Source: SAR86 cluster bacterium AG-422-E19 (GTDB taxonomy: Bacteria; Pseudomonadota; Gammaproteobacteria; Magnimaribacterales; AG-339-G14). From it: a stretch of 64,000 nucleotides of DNA. The translations under genes were made by a program, and so were the position numbers. Below, in pieces: positions 48,445-57,255 of the stretch. The notes beneath the pieces were generated by a model. The model searched no databases. It worked only from the letters and a program-made list of their open reading frames with translations, and was not told the DNA's origin. The DNA lies in assembly GCA_003213595.1 (NCBI GenBank), contig QCMR01000001.1, positions 24,148-88,147 of the forward strand, in the 5' to 3' direction. Numbering within the stretch: position 1 is the stretch's first letter; each line of letters starts with the position of its first letter.

Positions 48445-50043
48445 ATGAATAATCCTTCTATTCCAGAAGTCGGTGGCCGTAGTGCAAAATTTGCTCTAAT
48501 TCTGCTTGTCATAGTCTATGTGTTTAATTTTATAGATAGACAAATCTTAACCATTCTCGCAGAAGATTTAAAAGCAGACTTAAATATCTCTGACAGTGAC
48601 ATTGGCTTCTTGTATGGAACTGCTTTTGCAGTCTTCTACTCAGTGGTTGGAATCCCAATGGGTAAACTTGCTGATACTTGGAATAGAAAAAATTTAATAA
48701 GTTTGGGTTTGGCTTTTTGGAGCTTGATGACATTTTTGTCAGGTACTGCAAAGTCTTTTTTATCATTATCAATTTATAGATTTGGTGTTGGCATTGGAGA
48801 ATCTAGCGCGTCACCAGCATCTTACTCGCTTTTGTCAGACTATTTCTCTCCAAAAGTTAGAGCAACAGTATTATCGATATACGCAAGCGGACTTTACATA
48901 GGTTCGGGAATAGGGATATTCATTGGAGGGCTGATAGTAGATAACTGGAATGAAGCTTTTCCAATAATATCTGAGGCCCCCTTTGGATTGAAAGGATGGC
49001 AAGTAGCTTTCATGGCGGTTGGTCTTCCAGGAATTTTACTGGCCCTTATAACATGGCACATAAAAGAACCACCTAGAGGTTTAAGTGAGGGTTTAACAGA
49101 AACCAAAAAAGAAAATCCTCTTAAGGCAGCTTTTGGAGAACTAGTAGGACTAACTCCCATTGGGTTGCTTCAAGCTGAAAATACACGAAAAGAATTATTA
49201 AGAAATTTTGCTTTGCTTATTTTTGTTTTATCAGCTGCCTATTGGTTGATTCAAACAACTGGAGATTATTTGCAATGGATTGCCTTTGGATTAGGTTTTT
49301 ACATTGTGTGCAATTGGATTCAAGGACTAAGAATTAGAGATAAAGTTGCTTTTGAATTGATGTTCAAAAGCAAGGCACTTTTACTTGGCCTGTTAGCTTT
49401 TCCTTTTATTACTTTCGTCACCTATGCATTAGGTGCGTTTGGCCCCGCCTTTTACATAAGAAATTTCGGTATGACAGCCTCTGAGGTTGGTGTTATCTAT
49501 GGCTTGATAACTGCTTTTGGATCCATGGTAGGAGTAATTGGGGGTGGTTTTGTTGGAGATAAACTAAGAGAAAAATACATAAATGGAAAGCTGTATTTGA
49601 TAATGGCTTCTGCTCTAGGTACCGCAGTCACAGGTCTAGGATTTTTGTATTCACCTGAAGCCAATGTCTCTTTTGCATGGAAATTTTTCTATCATGTTTC
49701 TTCAACTGCTTGGTTAGGTTGTGCAGCATCAACAGTAACTGAGCTTGTTTTACCAAGGTTAAGAGCGGTGGCAAGTGCATTTTTTATTTTAATGCTTAGT
49801 ATGGGTGGATTAGCTTTGGGACCTTATCTGACAGGTATGTTGAGTGATATTTATACAATGCAATTTCTTGCTGAAGGGATGAATAAATCAATGGCAGAAG
49901 CAATTGGGTTAAAACAAGCCCTTGCTCAGTCTTTAGTGGTTTTATTAGTACCAATGGTTTTATTGGGTTTTGCTTGTAGATTTTTGAAAAAAGATGAAGA
50001 GAATCTTTTTGTTAAAGCGAGAAAGCTAGGCGAAGCTATTTAA
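48445..50043 (+). CDS. MFS transporter, spinster-like
   Basis: FNFIDRQIL, GKLAD..NRK, RFGVGIGES, SDYF...RAT, EPPRG. Confidence 0.88.
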   Translation: MNNPSIPEVGGRSAKFALILLVIVYVFNFIDRQILTILAEDLKADLNISDSDIGFLYGTAFAVFYSVVGIPMGKLADTWNRKNLISLGLAFWSLMTFLSGTAKSFLSLSIYRFGVGIGESSASPASYSLLSDYFSPKVRATVLSIYASGLYIGSGIGIFIGGLIVDNWNEAFPIISEAPFGLKGWQVAFMAVGLPGILLALITWHIKEPPRGLSEGLTETKKENPLKAAFGELVGLTPIGLLQAENTRKELLRNFALLIFVLSAAYWLIQTTGDYLQWIAFGLGFYIVCNWIQGLRIRDKVAFELMFKSKALLLGLLAFPFITFVTYALGAFGPAFYIRNFGMTASEVGVIYGLITAFGSMVGVIGGGFVGDKLREKYINGKLYLIMASALGTAVTGLGFLYSPEANVSFAWKFFYHVSSTAWLGCAASTVTELVLPRLRAVASAFFILMLSMGGLALGPYLTGMLSDIYTMQFLAEGMNKSMAEAIGLKQALAQSLVVLLVPMVLLGFACRFLKKDEENLFVKARKLGEAI

Positions 50044-50487
50044 CTTCTTTTTCCAAATCTCAGAGATTTTTTCTTGATGCTTTGGATGTATCAAGTTAGG
50101 GGCAATTTCTGCTAAAGGCTCCAGTACGAATCTATATAGATCAATGTCTTTGTGAGGTATGTCTTTGCCTAAAGCTTTGCCTACGTATTTTCCATATAGC
50201 AACAAATCAATATCAATTTCTCTATCGGAAAACTTTTCTGACCTATCTTTTCTGCCGATTTTTTTTTCGATGTCTTTCAACATGCCAACAACCTCTTCTG
50301 CAGAATCTTCAGTTGTGAGGCACACTACTTGATTTAGAAAATCTTCACCTTCAAAGCCTTCTGATTTTGTTTTATAAGTTTTCGATTCTTTTTCTAATTG
50401 GTACTCCTGACTTAAAAGCTCTTTTGCTTTATTTAAATTTTCCTCTGGTTTAATGTTACTGCCAAGACTTAAATATATTTTTGGCAT
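50026..50487 (-). CDS. folK: 6-hydroxymethyl-dihydropterin pyrophosphokinase
   Basis: LSLGSN, FLNQV, REIDIDLL, IPH, FVLEPL. Confidence 0.94.
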   Translation of the reverse strand: MPKIYLSLGSNIKPEENLNKAKELLSQEYQLEKESKTYKTKSEGFEGEDFLNQVVCLTTEDSAEEVVGMLKDIEKKIGRKDRSEKFSDREIDIDLLLYGKYVGKALGKDIPHKDIDLYRFVLEPLAEIAPNLIHPKHQEKISEIWKKKLNSFA

Positions 50488-50840
50488 TATCTTGAGCGGA
50501 AAATTGTAAGCCCTACTTCTTTTGAACCACGAAGAGCGCCAGGCTTGGATACAGATAGAGAAAGATTTAACACCCTTTCGTCTTGCATGATAATTTTTGA
50601 AACTTTTTCAGCAAGAGCTTCAATAAGCTGAAAAGATGATTTTTCTACAAATTTTATTATTTTTTTTGATGTAGTTTTATAGTCAAAAGTATCTTCTATA
50701 TTGTCTGACTTAAAAGCTTTTTTGATATCAACTTCTACTTCGTAAGAAATTTTTATGAGCTGCTTAACCTCTCTTTCCCAATCAAAGATTCCTATTATGG
50801 CTTCAATTTCTAAATCTTTTACAAAAATCTTATTGGACAT
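50487..50840 (-). CDS. folB: Dihydroneopterin aldolase
   Basis: IIGIFDWER..Q, DY, LIEALAE, KPGA. Confidence 0.94.
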   Translation of the reverse strand: MSNKIFVKDLEIEAIIGIFDWEREVKQLIKISYEVEVDIKKAFKSDNIEDTFDYKTTSKKIIKFVEKSSFQLIEALAEKVSKIIMQDERVLNLSLSVSKPGALRGSKEVGLTIFRSR

Positions 50841-51846
50841 TTTCTAAACTCCATCTTGGAGCAACATCAATACTAAAATCTTTGGTTTGCTCTTTAATTT
50901 TTTGGAAACCTGCAAAAGCGATCATCAATCCATTATCGGTACAGTGTTTTTGATCTGGATAATAAAGATTTATGGTTCCTTTGTGCTTTTCCAGTTCCTC
51001 TCTTAGGTATTTGTTAGCAGCAACTCCACCGGATAAAACAAGTGATTGGCTATGTTCAATTGAACATGCCTTAAGGGATTTTTTAACCAGACAATCTATT
51101 GCAGCATTTTGAAACTCAAAAGCAATATCGTTTACTGTATCCTCTGAAAGGTCTTCCTTTTCTGATAAATCTTTTACCTTATAAAGTACAGAAGTTTTTA
51201 AGCCACTAAAACTAAAATTTAAATCCTTAGAATCAATCATGGGTCGTGGAAAAGAAAAATGATGTTTTCCTTTAGATAGCAAAGCTCTTTTTTCAATTTC
51301 TGGACCGCCTGGGTAACCCAATTTCAATAATTTTGCAGTTTTATCAAAAGCCTCCCCCACAGCATCATCTTTTGTTTGTCCAATGACTTTATATGCGTTG
51401 GGTGAAGAAACTTTGACTATTAAAGTATGTCCTCCTGAGACTAATAAACTAATAAAAGGATAAGTTAAATCTTCTGCGTCATATTTTGCCATTATCAAAT
51501 GTGCTTCCATATGATGTATTGGTATTACAGGAATATCTAGGGCATAAGATAAAGAGTTTGCAAAGCCTGCTCCAACCATTAAAGGTCCTCTTAAACCAGG
51601 TCCATTGGTAAAAGCAATTGCTTCTATCTCTTTCATCGAGATGCTTGAACTTTTCATTTTATTTTTTAATAAAGGCAAGAGTCGATTAATGTGATCTCTA
51701 GCGGCTAGCTCAGGAACTACCCCTCCATACAAATCGTGCTCTTCTGCCTGACTGTATAAAGCTTCGAATACAATTTGGTTAGCTTTACCGTCATATAAAG
51801 CAATTCCAGTTTCATCGCACGAAGTCTCTATTCCTAATATTTTCAT
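50830..51846 (-). CDS. tsaD: tRNA t6A37 threonylcarbamoyltransferase
   Basis: GIETSCDET, GGVVPELAARDH, HHMEAH, VSGGHT, DDAVGEAFDK, TDNG. Confidence 0.97.
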   Translation of the reverse strand: MKILGIETSCDETGIALYDGKANQIVFEALYSQAEEHDLYGGVVPELAARDHINRLLPLLKNKMKSSSISMKEIEAIAFTNGPGLRGPLMVGAGFANSLSYALDIPVIPIHHMEAHLIMAKYDAEDLTYPFISLLVSGGHTLIVKVSSPNAYKVIGQTKDDAVGEAFDKTAKLLKLGYPGGPEIEKRALLSKGKHHFSFPRPMIDSKDLNFSFSGLKTSVLYKVKDLSEKEDLSEDTVNDIAFEFQNAAIDCLVKKSLKACSIEHSQSLVLSGGVAANKYLREELEKHKGTINLYYPDQKHCTDNGLMIAFAGFQKIKEQTKDFSIDVAPRWSLENVQ

Positions 51847-51863
51847 TTAAATTAAAAGTTATT

Positions 51864-51892
51864 TTGCAAAATATCTTAACTCTCTATAGAAT
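51864..51892 (+). promoter_or_regulatory. sigma70 promoter of rpsU
   Basis: TTGCAA-17 bp-TAGAAT. Confidence 0.7.
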
Positions 51893-51910
51893 TGCCAGCC
51901 TAATATAAAT

Positions 51911-52129
51911 ATGCCTATTATAAAGCTAAAAGATAACGAATCTTTCGATTCTGGACTCAGAAGATTTAAAAGGTCTTGTGATAAAGCCGGAATCATTTCC
52001 GAAATAAGAAAAAGAGAATTTTACGAAAAACCTACCTCTGTTAGGAAAAGAAAAGCTGCAGCAGCAGTAAAAAGACAAGCTAAAAGAAGAAAGTTCGGCA
52101 AAATGCCGCCTTTGAGAGCAAGAGTCTAA
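51911..52129 (+). CDS. rpsU: 30S ribosomal protein S21
   Basis: [11 protein letters not shown]...RKREFYEKP. Confidence 0.97.
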   Translation: MPIIKLKDNESFDSGLRRFKRSCDKAGIISEIRKREFYEKPTSVRKRKAAAAVKRQAKRRKFGKMPPLRARV

Positions 52130-52579
52130 ATGTCCAAAGATCTTAAAAGCTTGATTAAAACTCAAGTCACAATTTCTATGAAAGATGGTGACAAGTTTAG
52201 AACTACTGTTTTGAGAATGATTCTTGCGGAAATTCAAAAAATTGAAATTGACGAAAAGTCAGATCTTAATGAACTTCAAATCACTTCAATTCTTGAAAAG
52301 ATGGTTAAACAAAGAAATGATGCAATCGCACAATTTGAACAAGCGAAAAGACAAGAATTGGCTGATAAAGAAAAACAAGAAATAGAAATCATTAAGGAAT
52401 TTTTACCTGAACAAATGTCAGGTGATGAGATTTCTGAATTAGTTTCTAAAATTATCTCTGAAGTTGGTGCCCATGATATGAAAGATATGGGCAAAGTAAT
52501 GGGGTCTCTAAAACCTTTGATCGCAGGTAAAGCAGATGCTGGTGTTGTTAGCCAATTAGTAAAAAAAGCTTTAAGTTAA
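52130..52579 (+). CDS. yqeY: GatB/YqeY domain protein
   Basis: KQRNDAI.QF, FLPEQMS, KDMGKVMG, GKAD. Confidence 0.93.
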   Translation: MSKDLKSLIKTQVTISMKDGDKFRTTVLRMILAEIQKIEIDEKSDLNELQITSILEKMVKQRNDAIAQFEQAKRQELADKEKQEIEIIKEFLPEQMSGDEISELVSKIISEVGAHDMKDMGKVMGSLKPLIAGKADAGVVSQLVKKALS

Positions 52580-53164
52580 TTTTTTAACGGTCTCAACTAT
52601 AGAAATCGTTTGTTGGTCTGCTTCAACATTTACAAAATCACCTTTTTTCAGGAAAGATAAATTAGTTTTAGAGATAGTTTCTGGAATTATAGAAATTGTA
52701 AAAAAATTATTTGTCACATTAACGACAGTTAGGCTGATTCCATTTATAGAAACATATCCTTTTTTGAAAATGTATCCTTTCAAATTAGAAGGAATTTTGA
52801 TTTTAAGAATTCTTTCTTTTTTATTCTCGAAACTTATGATTTCAGCAATATTATGAACGTGACCAGAGACAAAATGTCCTCCTACTTCATCACCGATCTT
52901 CAATGATCTCTCTAAGTTAAATGGTATGGAAGAAAATTTCTCTGAAATGTTTGTTAATTTGATTGATTCGTGTACAACATCAAATTCAATAAGGTCTTTT
53001 TTGAAATCAACGACCGTTAAACAAACACCATTGACTGCAACGCTATCGCCCTTTTTTAATTTTTTTGTGAAATTAGCAGGAACGGTGACGGATAACTTAT
53101 ACCCGTAATCCTTATCTTCAAATTTTACCTTCTTTGATACAGCCTGAACTATTCCACTAAACAT
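52571..53164 (-). CDS. ribC: Riboflavin synthase (alpha chain)
   Basis: MFSGIV, GDSVAVNGVCLTV, NLERSL, GGHFVSGHV, NGISLTV. Confidence 0.95.
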   Translation of the reverse strand: MFSGIVQAVSKKVKFEDKDYGYKLSVTVPANFTKKLKKGDSVAVNGVCLTVVDFKKDLIEFDVVHESIKLTNISEKFSSIPFNLERSLKIGDEVGGHFVSGHVHNIAEIISFENKKERILKIKIPSNLKGYIFKKGYVSINGISLTVVNVTNNFFTISIIPETISKTNLSFLKKGDFVNVEADQQTISIVETVKKLT

Positions 53165-53167
53165 TTT

Positions 53168-53722
53168 TTATTTTTTAAGTTCCGAAATTTTTGCTATTGA
53201 ATGTATTTTAATGCCTTGCTCAGCATAAAACTCCTGAAAGGTTTTATCTGAATCATAAGGCTCTTCTCTGTCCAAAGCTACTAATGCTCCCACAAAAGTC
53301 CCCCTGTTGCTTTCGATGATTTCTATTGAGTTCTTAATGGCAGTTCCAGCGGTTAAAACATCATCAATCAATAAAGCTTTCTTTCCTTCCAAATCTCCCA
53401 TGATGATTCCTCCTTCGCCATGACTTTTCTCTTCCTTTCGGTCAAAAGCTAAAGGAATATTTTGTTTTGTTGCTTCAAAATATTTTGTTGCAACAACTGA
53501 CGCCAAAGGGATGCCTTTGTATGCAGGGCCAAAAAATAAATCAAAATCTATTTTCAAGTCCAATATTTTAGATACATAGCAATCAGCTAAAAAAGAAAGC
53601 GATTCAGAATCAAAAAAAGCAGCAATATTAAAAAAATAGTCGCTTTCCATGCCAGATTTCAGTTTAAAACTTCCAAACTTAAGTGCTTCTAATTCAATGG
53701 CTTTATCTAAAAAATCTTGCAT
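53168..53722 (-). CDS. pyrE: Orotate phosphoribosyltransferase
   Basis: FGSFKLKSG, FGPAYKGIP, RKEEKSHGEGG, IDDVLTAGTA; start moved to ATG 53722. Confidence 0.95.
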   Translation of the reverse strand: MQDFLDKAIELEALKFGSFKLKSGMESDYFFNIAAFFDSESLSFLADCYVSKILDLKIDFDLFFGPAYKGIPLASVVATKYFEATKQNIPLAFDRKEEKSHGEGGIIMGDLEGKKALLIDDVLTAGTAIKNSIEIIESNRGTFVGALVALDREEPYDSDKTFQEFYAEQGIKIHSIAKISELKK

Positions 53723-53745
53723 ATTGGTTTCAACGTTTCCATACT
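53717..53745 (+). promoter_or_regulatory. sigma70 promoter for gmk, probably leaderless
   Basis: TTGCAT-17 bp-CATACT, 6 nt before ATG 53752; the -35 overlaps the pyrE start codon. Confidence 0.55.
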
Positions 53746-53751
53746 TTATCA

Positions 53752-54375
53752 ATGCCTGAAAATCTCCACAAACTTTTTGTTATTTCCAGTCCTTCGGGAG
53801 GCGGTAAAACTTCTTTGATAAATAAGCTTTTTGAAGATTCAAGATCTGCAAACTTTGAAAAAAGCATTTCGGACACTTCGAGGCAAAAACGTCAAGGAGA
53901 TTTAGAAGGCAAAGATTATTATTTTTTATCTGAAAAAGATTTCAAATATAAAATTAATAAGGAAGAATATGTTGAATACGCAACTGTCTTTGGGAATTTC
54001 TATGGTACATCAAAGGAAGAAATAAAAACAAAATATAATAACTCAAACCTAATTTTAGAATTGGATTGGCAAGGTGCTTATGCTGTTAAAGAACTTTTTG
54101 ATAATGCTAGGCTAATTTTTTTAGTTCCTCCGTCTCTAGACGATTTGAAGCAAAGACTAATAAAAAGAAATCTAGATTCGTCTAAAGAAATAGAAAGCAG
54201 ACTGTCAGAGGCAAAAAAAGAAATCAGTAAGTCTGAAATGTATGATTATTTAGTCTTAAATGATGATTTCCATAAAGCCTTTGAAGATCTGTCACAAATT
54301 CTTTTTGAAGGTATTTCGCCTATAGATTTTAATTCAAGAGCATCTAAAGACTTGATTAAAAGATTAGTAGAATAA
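53752..54375 (+). CDS. gmk: Guanylate kinase
   Basis: SPSGGGKTS, GKDYYF, GNFYGT, LDWQGA, PPS; start moved to ATG 53752. Confidence 0.95.
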   Translation: MPENLHKLFVISSPSGGGKTSLINKLFEDSRSANFEKSISDTSRQKRQGDLEGKDYYFLSEKDFKYKINKEEYVEYATVFGNFYGTSKEEIKTKYNNSNLILELDWQGAYAVKELFDNARLIFLVPPSLDDLKQRLIKRNLDSSKEIESRLSEAKKEISKSEMYDYLVLNDDFHKAFEDLSQILFEGISPIDFNSRASKDLIKRLVE

Positions 54376-54419
54376 TCAATAAAAATTAAGTAGAATCCTT
54401 TCCCTCAAGAGGTTTATAC

Positions 54420-54689
54420 ATGGCTAGAATTACTGTCGAAGATTGTTTAAAAAAAATCCCCAATAGATACGAAATGGTGAAACTTGCTGCAAAGCGAGTT
54501 AAACAACTGGCTATAGACGGAAGAGAACCTACCATTGACCCAGAAGATGACAAACCTACAGTAATTGCTCTTCGAGAAATTGCTGCTGGAACTGTAACTC
54601 TAGAAAACATAGACAGCTTCAATTTTGATGCTTTTGAAGAGGAACTCTCTGACCAATTAACTTCAGACGACGAAGAAGGCATAGAATAA
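54420..54689 (+). CDS. rpoZ: RNA polymerase omega subunit
   Basis: MARITVEDC...NRY...AAKR...[11 protein letters not shown]. Confidence 0.96.
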   Translation: MARITVEDCLKKIPNRYEMVKLAAKRVKQLAIDGREPTIDPEDDKPTVIALREIAAGTVTLENIDSFNFDAFEEELSDQLTSDDEEGIE

Positions 54690-54716
54690 CTTTTTTTTGG
54701 TAAACTCTCTTTGCTA

Positions 54717-56894
54717 ATGGCAACAGAGACAAAAAACCTTAATAAACTTACCAAAAACCTTGGAAAATATCTTGATCAAGATCAACTTGAACAAGTAAAA
54801 AAGGCTTATTTTTTTGCCGCAAATGCTCATTCGGGTCAGTTTCGAGTGAGTGGAGATCCTTACGTATCGCACCCTCTTGCTGTTGCAGAAATACTAGGAA
54901 AATTAAAAATGGATCAAGACTGTCTGTCTGCTGCAATGCTTCATGATGTTATTGAAGATTCAGGTATTCCAAAGACCTTCTTAAAGAAGGAATTTAATAA
55001 AGAAGTTGCAAACTTAGTTGATGGTGTAAGCAAGCTTGACAAAGTTGAATTAACCTCAAAAAAAGACTTACAAGCTGAAAGCTTTCAAAAAATGGTTCTC
55101 GCAATGTCGGAAGACATAAGGGTCATTGTTGTAAAGCTTGCAGATAGATTGCACAACATGAGAACAATAAAATTCCTGAATAAAGAAAAAAAATTAAGAA
55201 TAGCAAATGAAACCCTTGAAATTTATGCACCAATCGCTCACAGATTAGGAATGCATCAAATTTATAGGGAACTTGAAGACTTGGCCTTTGAAATTTTATA
55301 TCCTCTGAGGTTTAGAGTTATCGAGGAGGCTGTAAAGAATAACACCAGAGGAAGAAAAAAGATTCTTAAAAAAGTTGAAACCTCCATAAGTCAAAAATTG
55401 CAAGAGCAAGACTTGGATTGTGCAATTTCCAGTAGAAGAAAACATTTTTATGGTATTTATAAAAAAATGAAAAGGCAGTCCAAAACTTTAAAAGAAGTTT
55501 TGGATGTTTATGCTCTGAAAATTACCACATCAAATGCTATGGATTGTTATAAGGCTTTAGGTGTAATACATAATGCCTTTAATCCTATCGAAGGAAGATT
55601 CAAAGACTATATAGCCATACCGAAATCCAATTCTTATCAATCACTGCATACCGGAATCATGACTTTTGAAGGACTACCTGTAGAAATTCAGATTAGAACT
55701 AGTGAAATGGACGAATTAGCCGAGTTTGGAATAGCGGCTCATTGGGTTTATAAATCTGGAGAAAAGGATAACCCAGTTCAAGCCAGAGCGAGAAGGTGGG
55801 TTAATGGCTTGATGGAAATCAATGCTCGATCAGAAGATGCCTCAGATTTTGTTGAAGTAATCAAAACAGGATTGGTATCCAATGAAGTTTACGTTTTTAC
55901 TCCTCAGGGAGATATCATCGATTTGCCCAAAGATTCAACGCCGATAGATTTCGCCTTCGCTTTGCATTCAGATATTGGACTGCATTGCAGCGGTTGTAGA
56001 ATCAATAAGAACCTTGCTCCACTGAGCGTTCCTTTAGAAAGTGGTCAGACAGTAGAAATTATTACGGACAAAGTTCCGCAAACAAACCCAAGCTGGTTGG
56101 ATTTCATTAGGACCTCCAGAGCAAGATCAGCTATTCGCCATAATTTAAAGAATCTCAAAGAGTCAGAATCAAGAAAATTTGGAAAGCAGCTTTTAGAACA
56201 ATCTTTATTTCCTCATCAAACAAAACTAAGAGATGTCCCAAAAAATAAAATGAAAAAGCTTCTCACCTCCTTAAACTATAAAAGCGTGAGAGAACTTCTT
56301 GAAAGCATTGGCTCAGGAAAAAGATCCAGTCTAGTTGTTGCACATCAAATCATGCAATTTCTCGACGAGAAAGAAAATGAAGAAATTCAATTTTCTAACT
56401 TACAAATTACAGGCGCGGAGGGTTTGGTAGTAACTTATTCAAGTTGCTGTCGTCCTATTCCTGGAGATCACGTAATTGCGCATTTTTCAACAAGCAGAGG
56501 TATTGTTATTCACCAAGAAAGATGTAAAAACATCTTACCAATTCGTCATGACCCTGCCTTATGTTCTCCGGTACAGTGGGAAGATACTCTGTCAGGAGAC
56601 TTTTCAGTTGAGATAAAAATTGTTGCAGAAGATAAAGCTGGGATACTTGCAGAAGTTTCTGCAGTAATCGCAGAGTACTCAACTAACATTGAAAGTATAA
56701 AAAGTGATCCCCCTGCTGGAAATAAGGTGGATCTCTATATTCTGCTCGCAGTAACGGATAGGGATCATTTGGCAAAAATATTAAGAAGATTGCGTCGAAA
56801 AGACTTTGTCATATCAGCTACAAGAATACATAGCTGGGAACAAAGAAATGCTACCCTTCCAATTATTGAAGAGGGACTAAGTGAAGATAATTGA
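54717..56894 (+). CDS. spoT: Bifunctional (p)ppGpp synthetase/hydrolase
   Basis: H.GQ.R.SG.PY..HP, LHDVIED, KLADRLHNMRT, YQSLHT, TGS and ACT domains; gmk-rpoZ-spoT order. Confidence 0.95.
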   Translation: MATETKNLNKLTKNLGKYLDQDQLEQVKKAYFFAANAHSGQFRVSGDPYVSHPLAVAEILGKLKMDQDCLSAAMLHDVIEDSGIPKTFLKKEFNKEVANLVDGVSKLDKVELTSKKDLQAESFQKMVLAMSEDIRVIVVKLADRLHNMRTIKFLNKEKKLRIANETLEIYAPIAHRLGMHQIYRELEDLAFEILYPLRFRVIEEAVKNNTRGRKKILKKVETSISQKLQEQDLDCAISSRRKHFYGIYKKMKRQSKTLKEVLDVYALKITTSNAMDCYKALGVIHNAFNPIEGRFKDYIAIPKSNSYQSLHTGIMTFEGLPVEIQIRTSEMDELAEFGIAAHWVYKSGEKDNPVQARARRWVNGLMEINARSEDASDFVEVIKTGLVSNEVYVFTPQGDIIDLPKDSTPIDFAFALHSDIGLHCSGCRINKNLAPLSVPLESGQTVEIITDKVPQTNPSWLDFIRTSRARSAIRHNLKNLKESESRKFGKQLLEQSLFPHQTKLRDVPKNKMKKLLTSLNYKSVRELLESIGSGKRSSLVVAHQIMQFLDEKENEEIQFSNLQITGAEGLVVTYSSCCRPIPGDHVIAHFSTSRGIVIHQERCKNILPIRHDPALCSPVQWEDTLSGDFSVEIKIVAEDKAGILAEVSAVIAEYSTNIESIKSDPPAGNKVDLYILLAVTDRDHLAKILRRLRRKDFVISATRIHSWEQRNATLPIIEEGLSEDN

Positions 56895-57255
56895 AACGGA
56901 TAATGCGCCAAAGGCTATTGGGACCTACTCCCAAGCAGTTAAGGTTAATGGTTTTTTGTTTATTTCAGGTCAGATACCCTTAGACCCCTCAACGATGGAA
57001 TTGGTTGAAGGAATTGAAAATCAAATCAATCAAGTTTTTGAAAATATCAATCAAATTTTAAAAGCCGATGGAATGGATTTTTCAAATGTAGTTAAACTTT
57101 CTGTATTGCTTGAAGACTTAAGTCACTTCGAGAAAGTAAATGAAATAATGGCCAACACATTTTCAAAGCCTTATCCTGCACGAGCTGCATACGAAGTATC
57201 AAAATTACCAAAAGGAAGTTCAGTAGAAATCGAAACCATTGCTTTTAAAGAGTGA
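56881..57255 (+). CDS. ridA: RidA (YjgF) family enamine deaminase
   Basis: APKAIGTYSQAV, SGQIP, PARA, LPKG..VEIE. Confidence 0.92.
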   Translation: MKIIETDNAPKAIGTYSQAVKVNGFLFISGQIPLDPSTMELVEGIENQINQVFENINQILKADGMDFSNVVKLSVLLEDLSHFEKVNEIMANTFSKPYPARAAYEVSKLPKGSSVEIETIAFKE

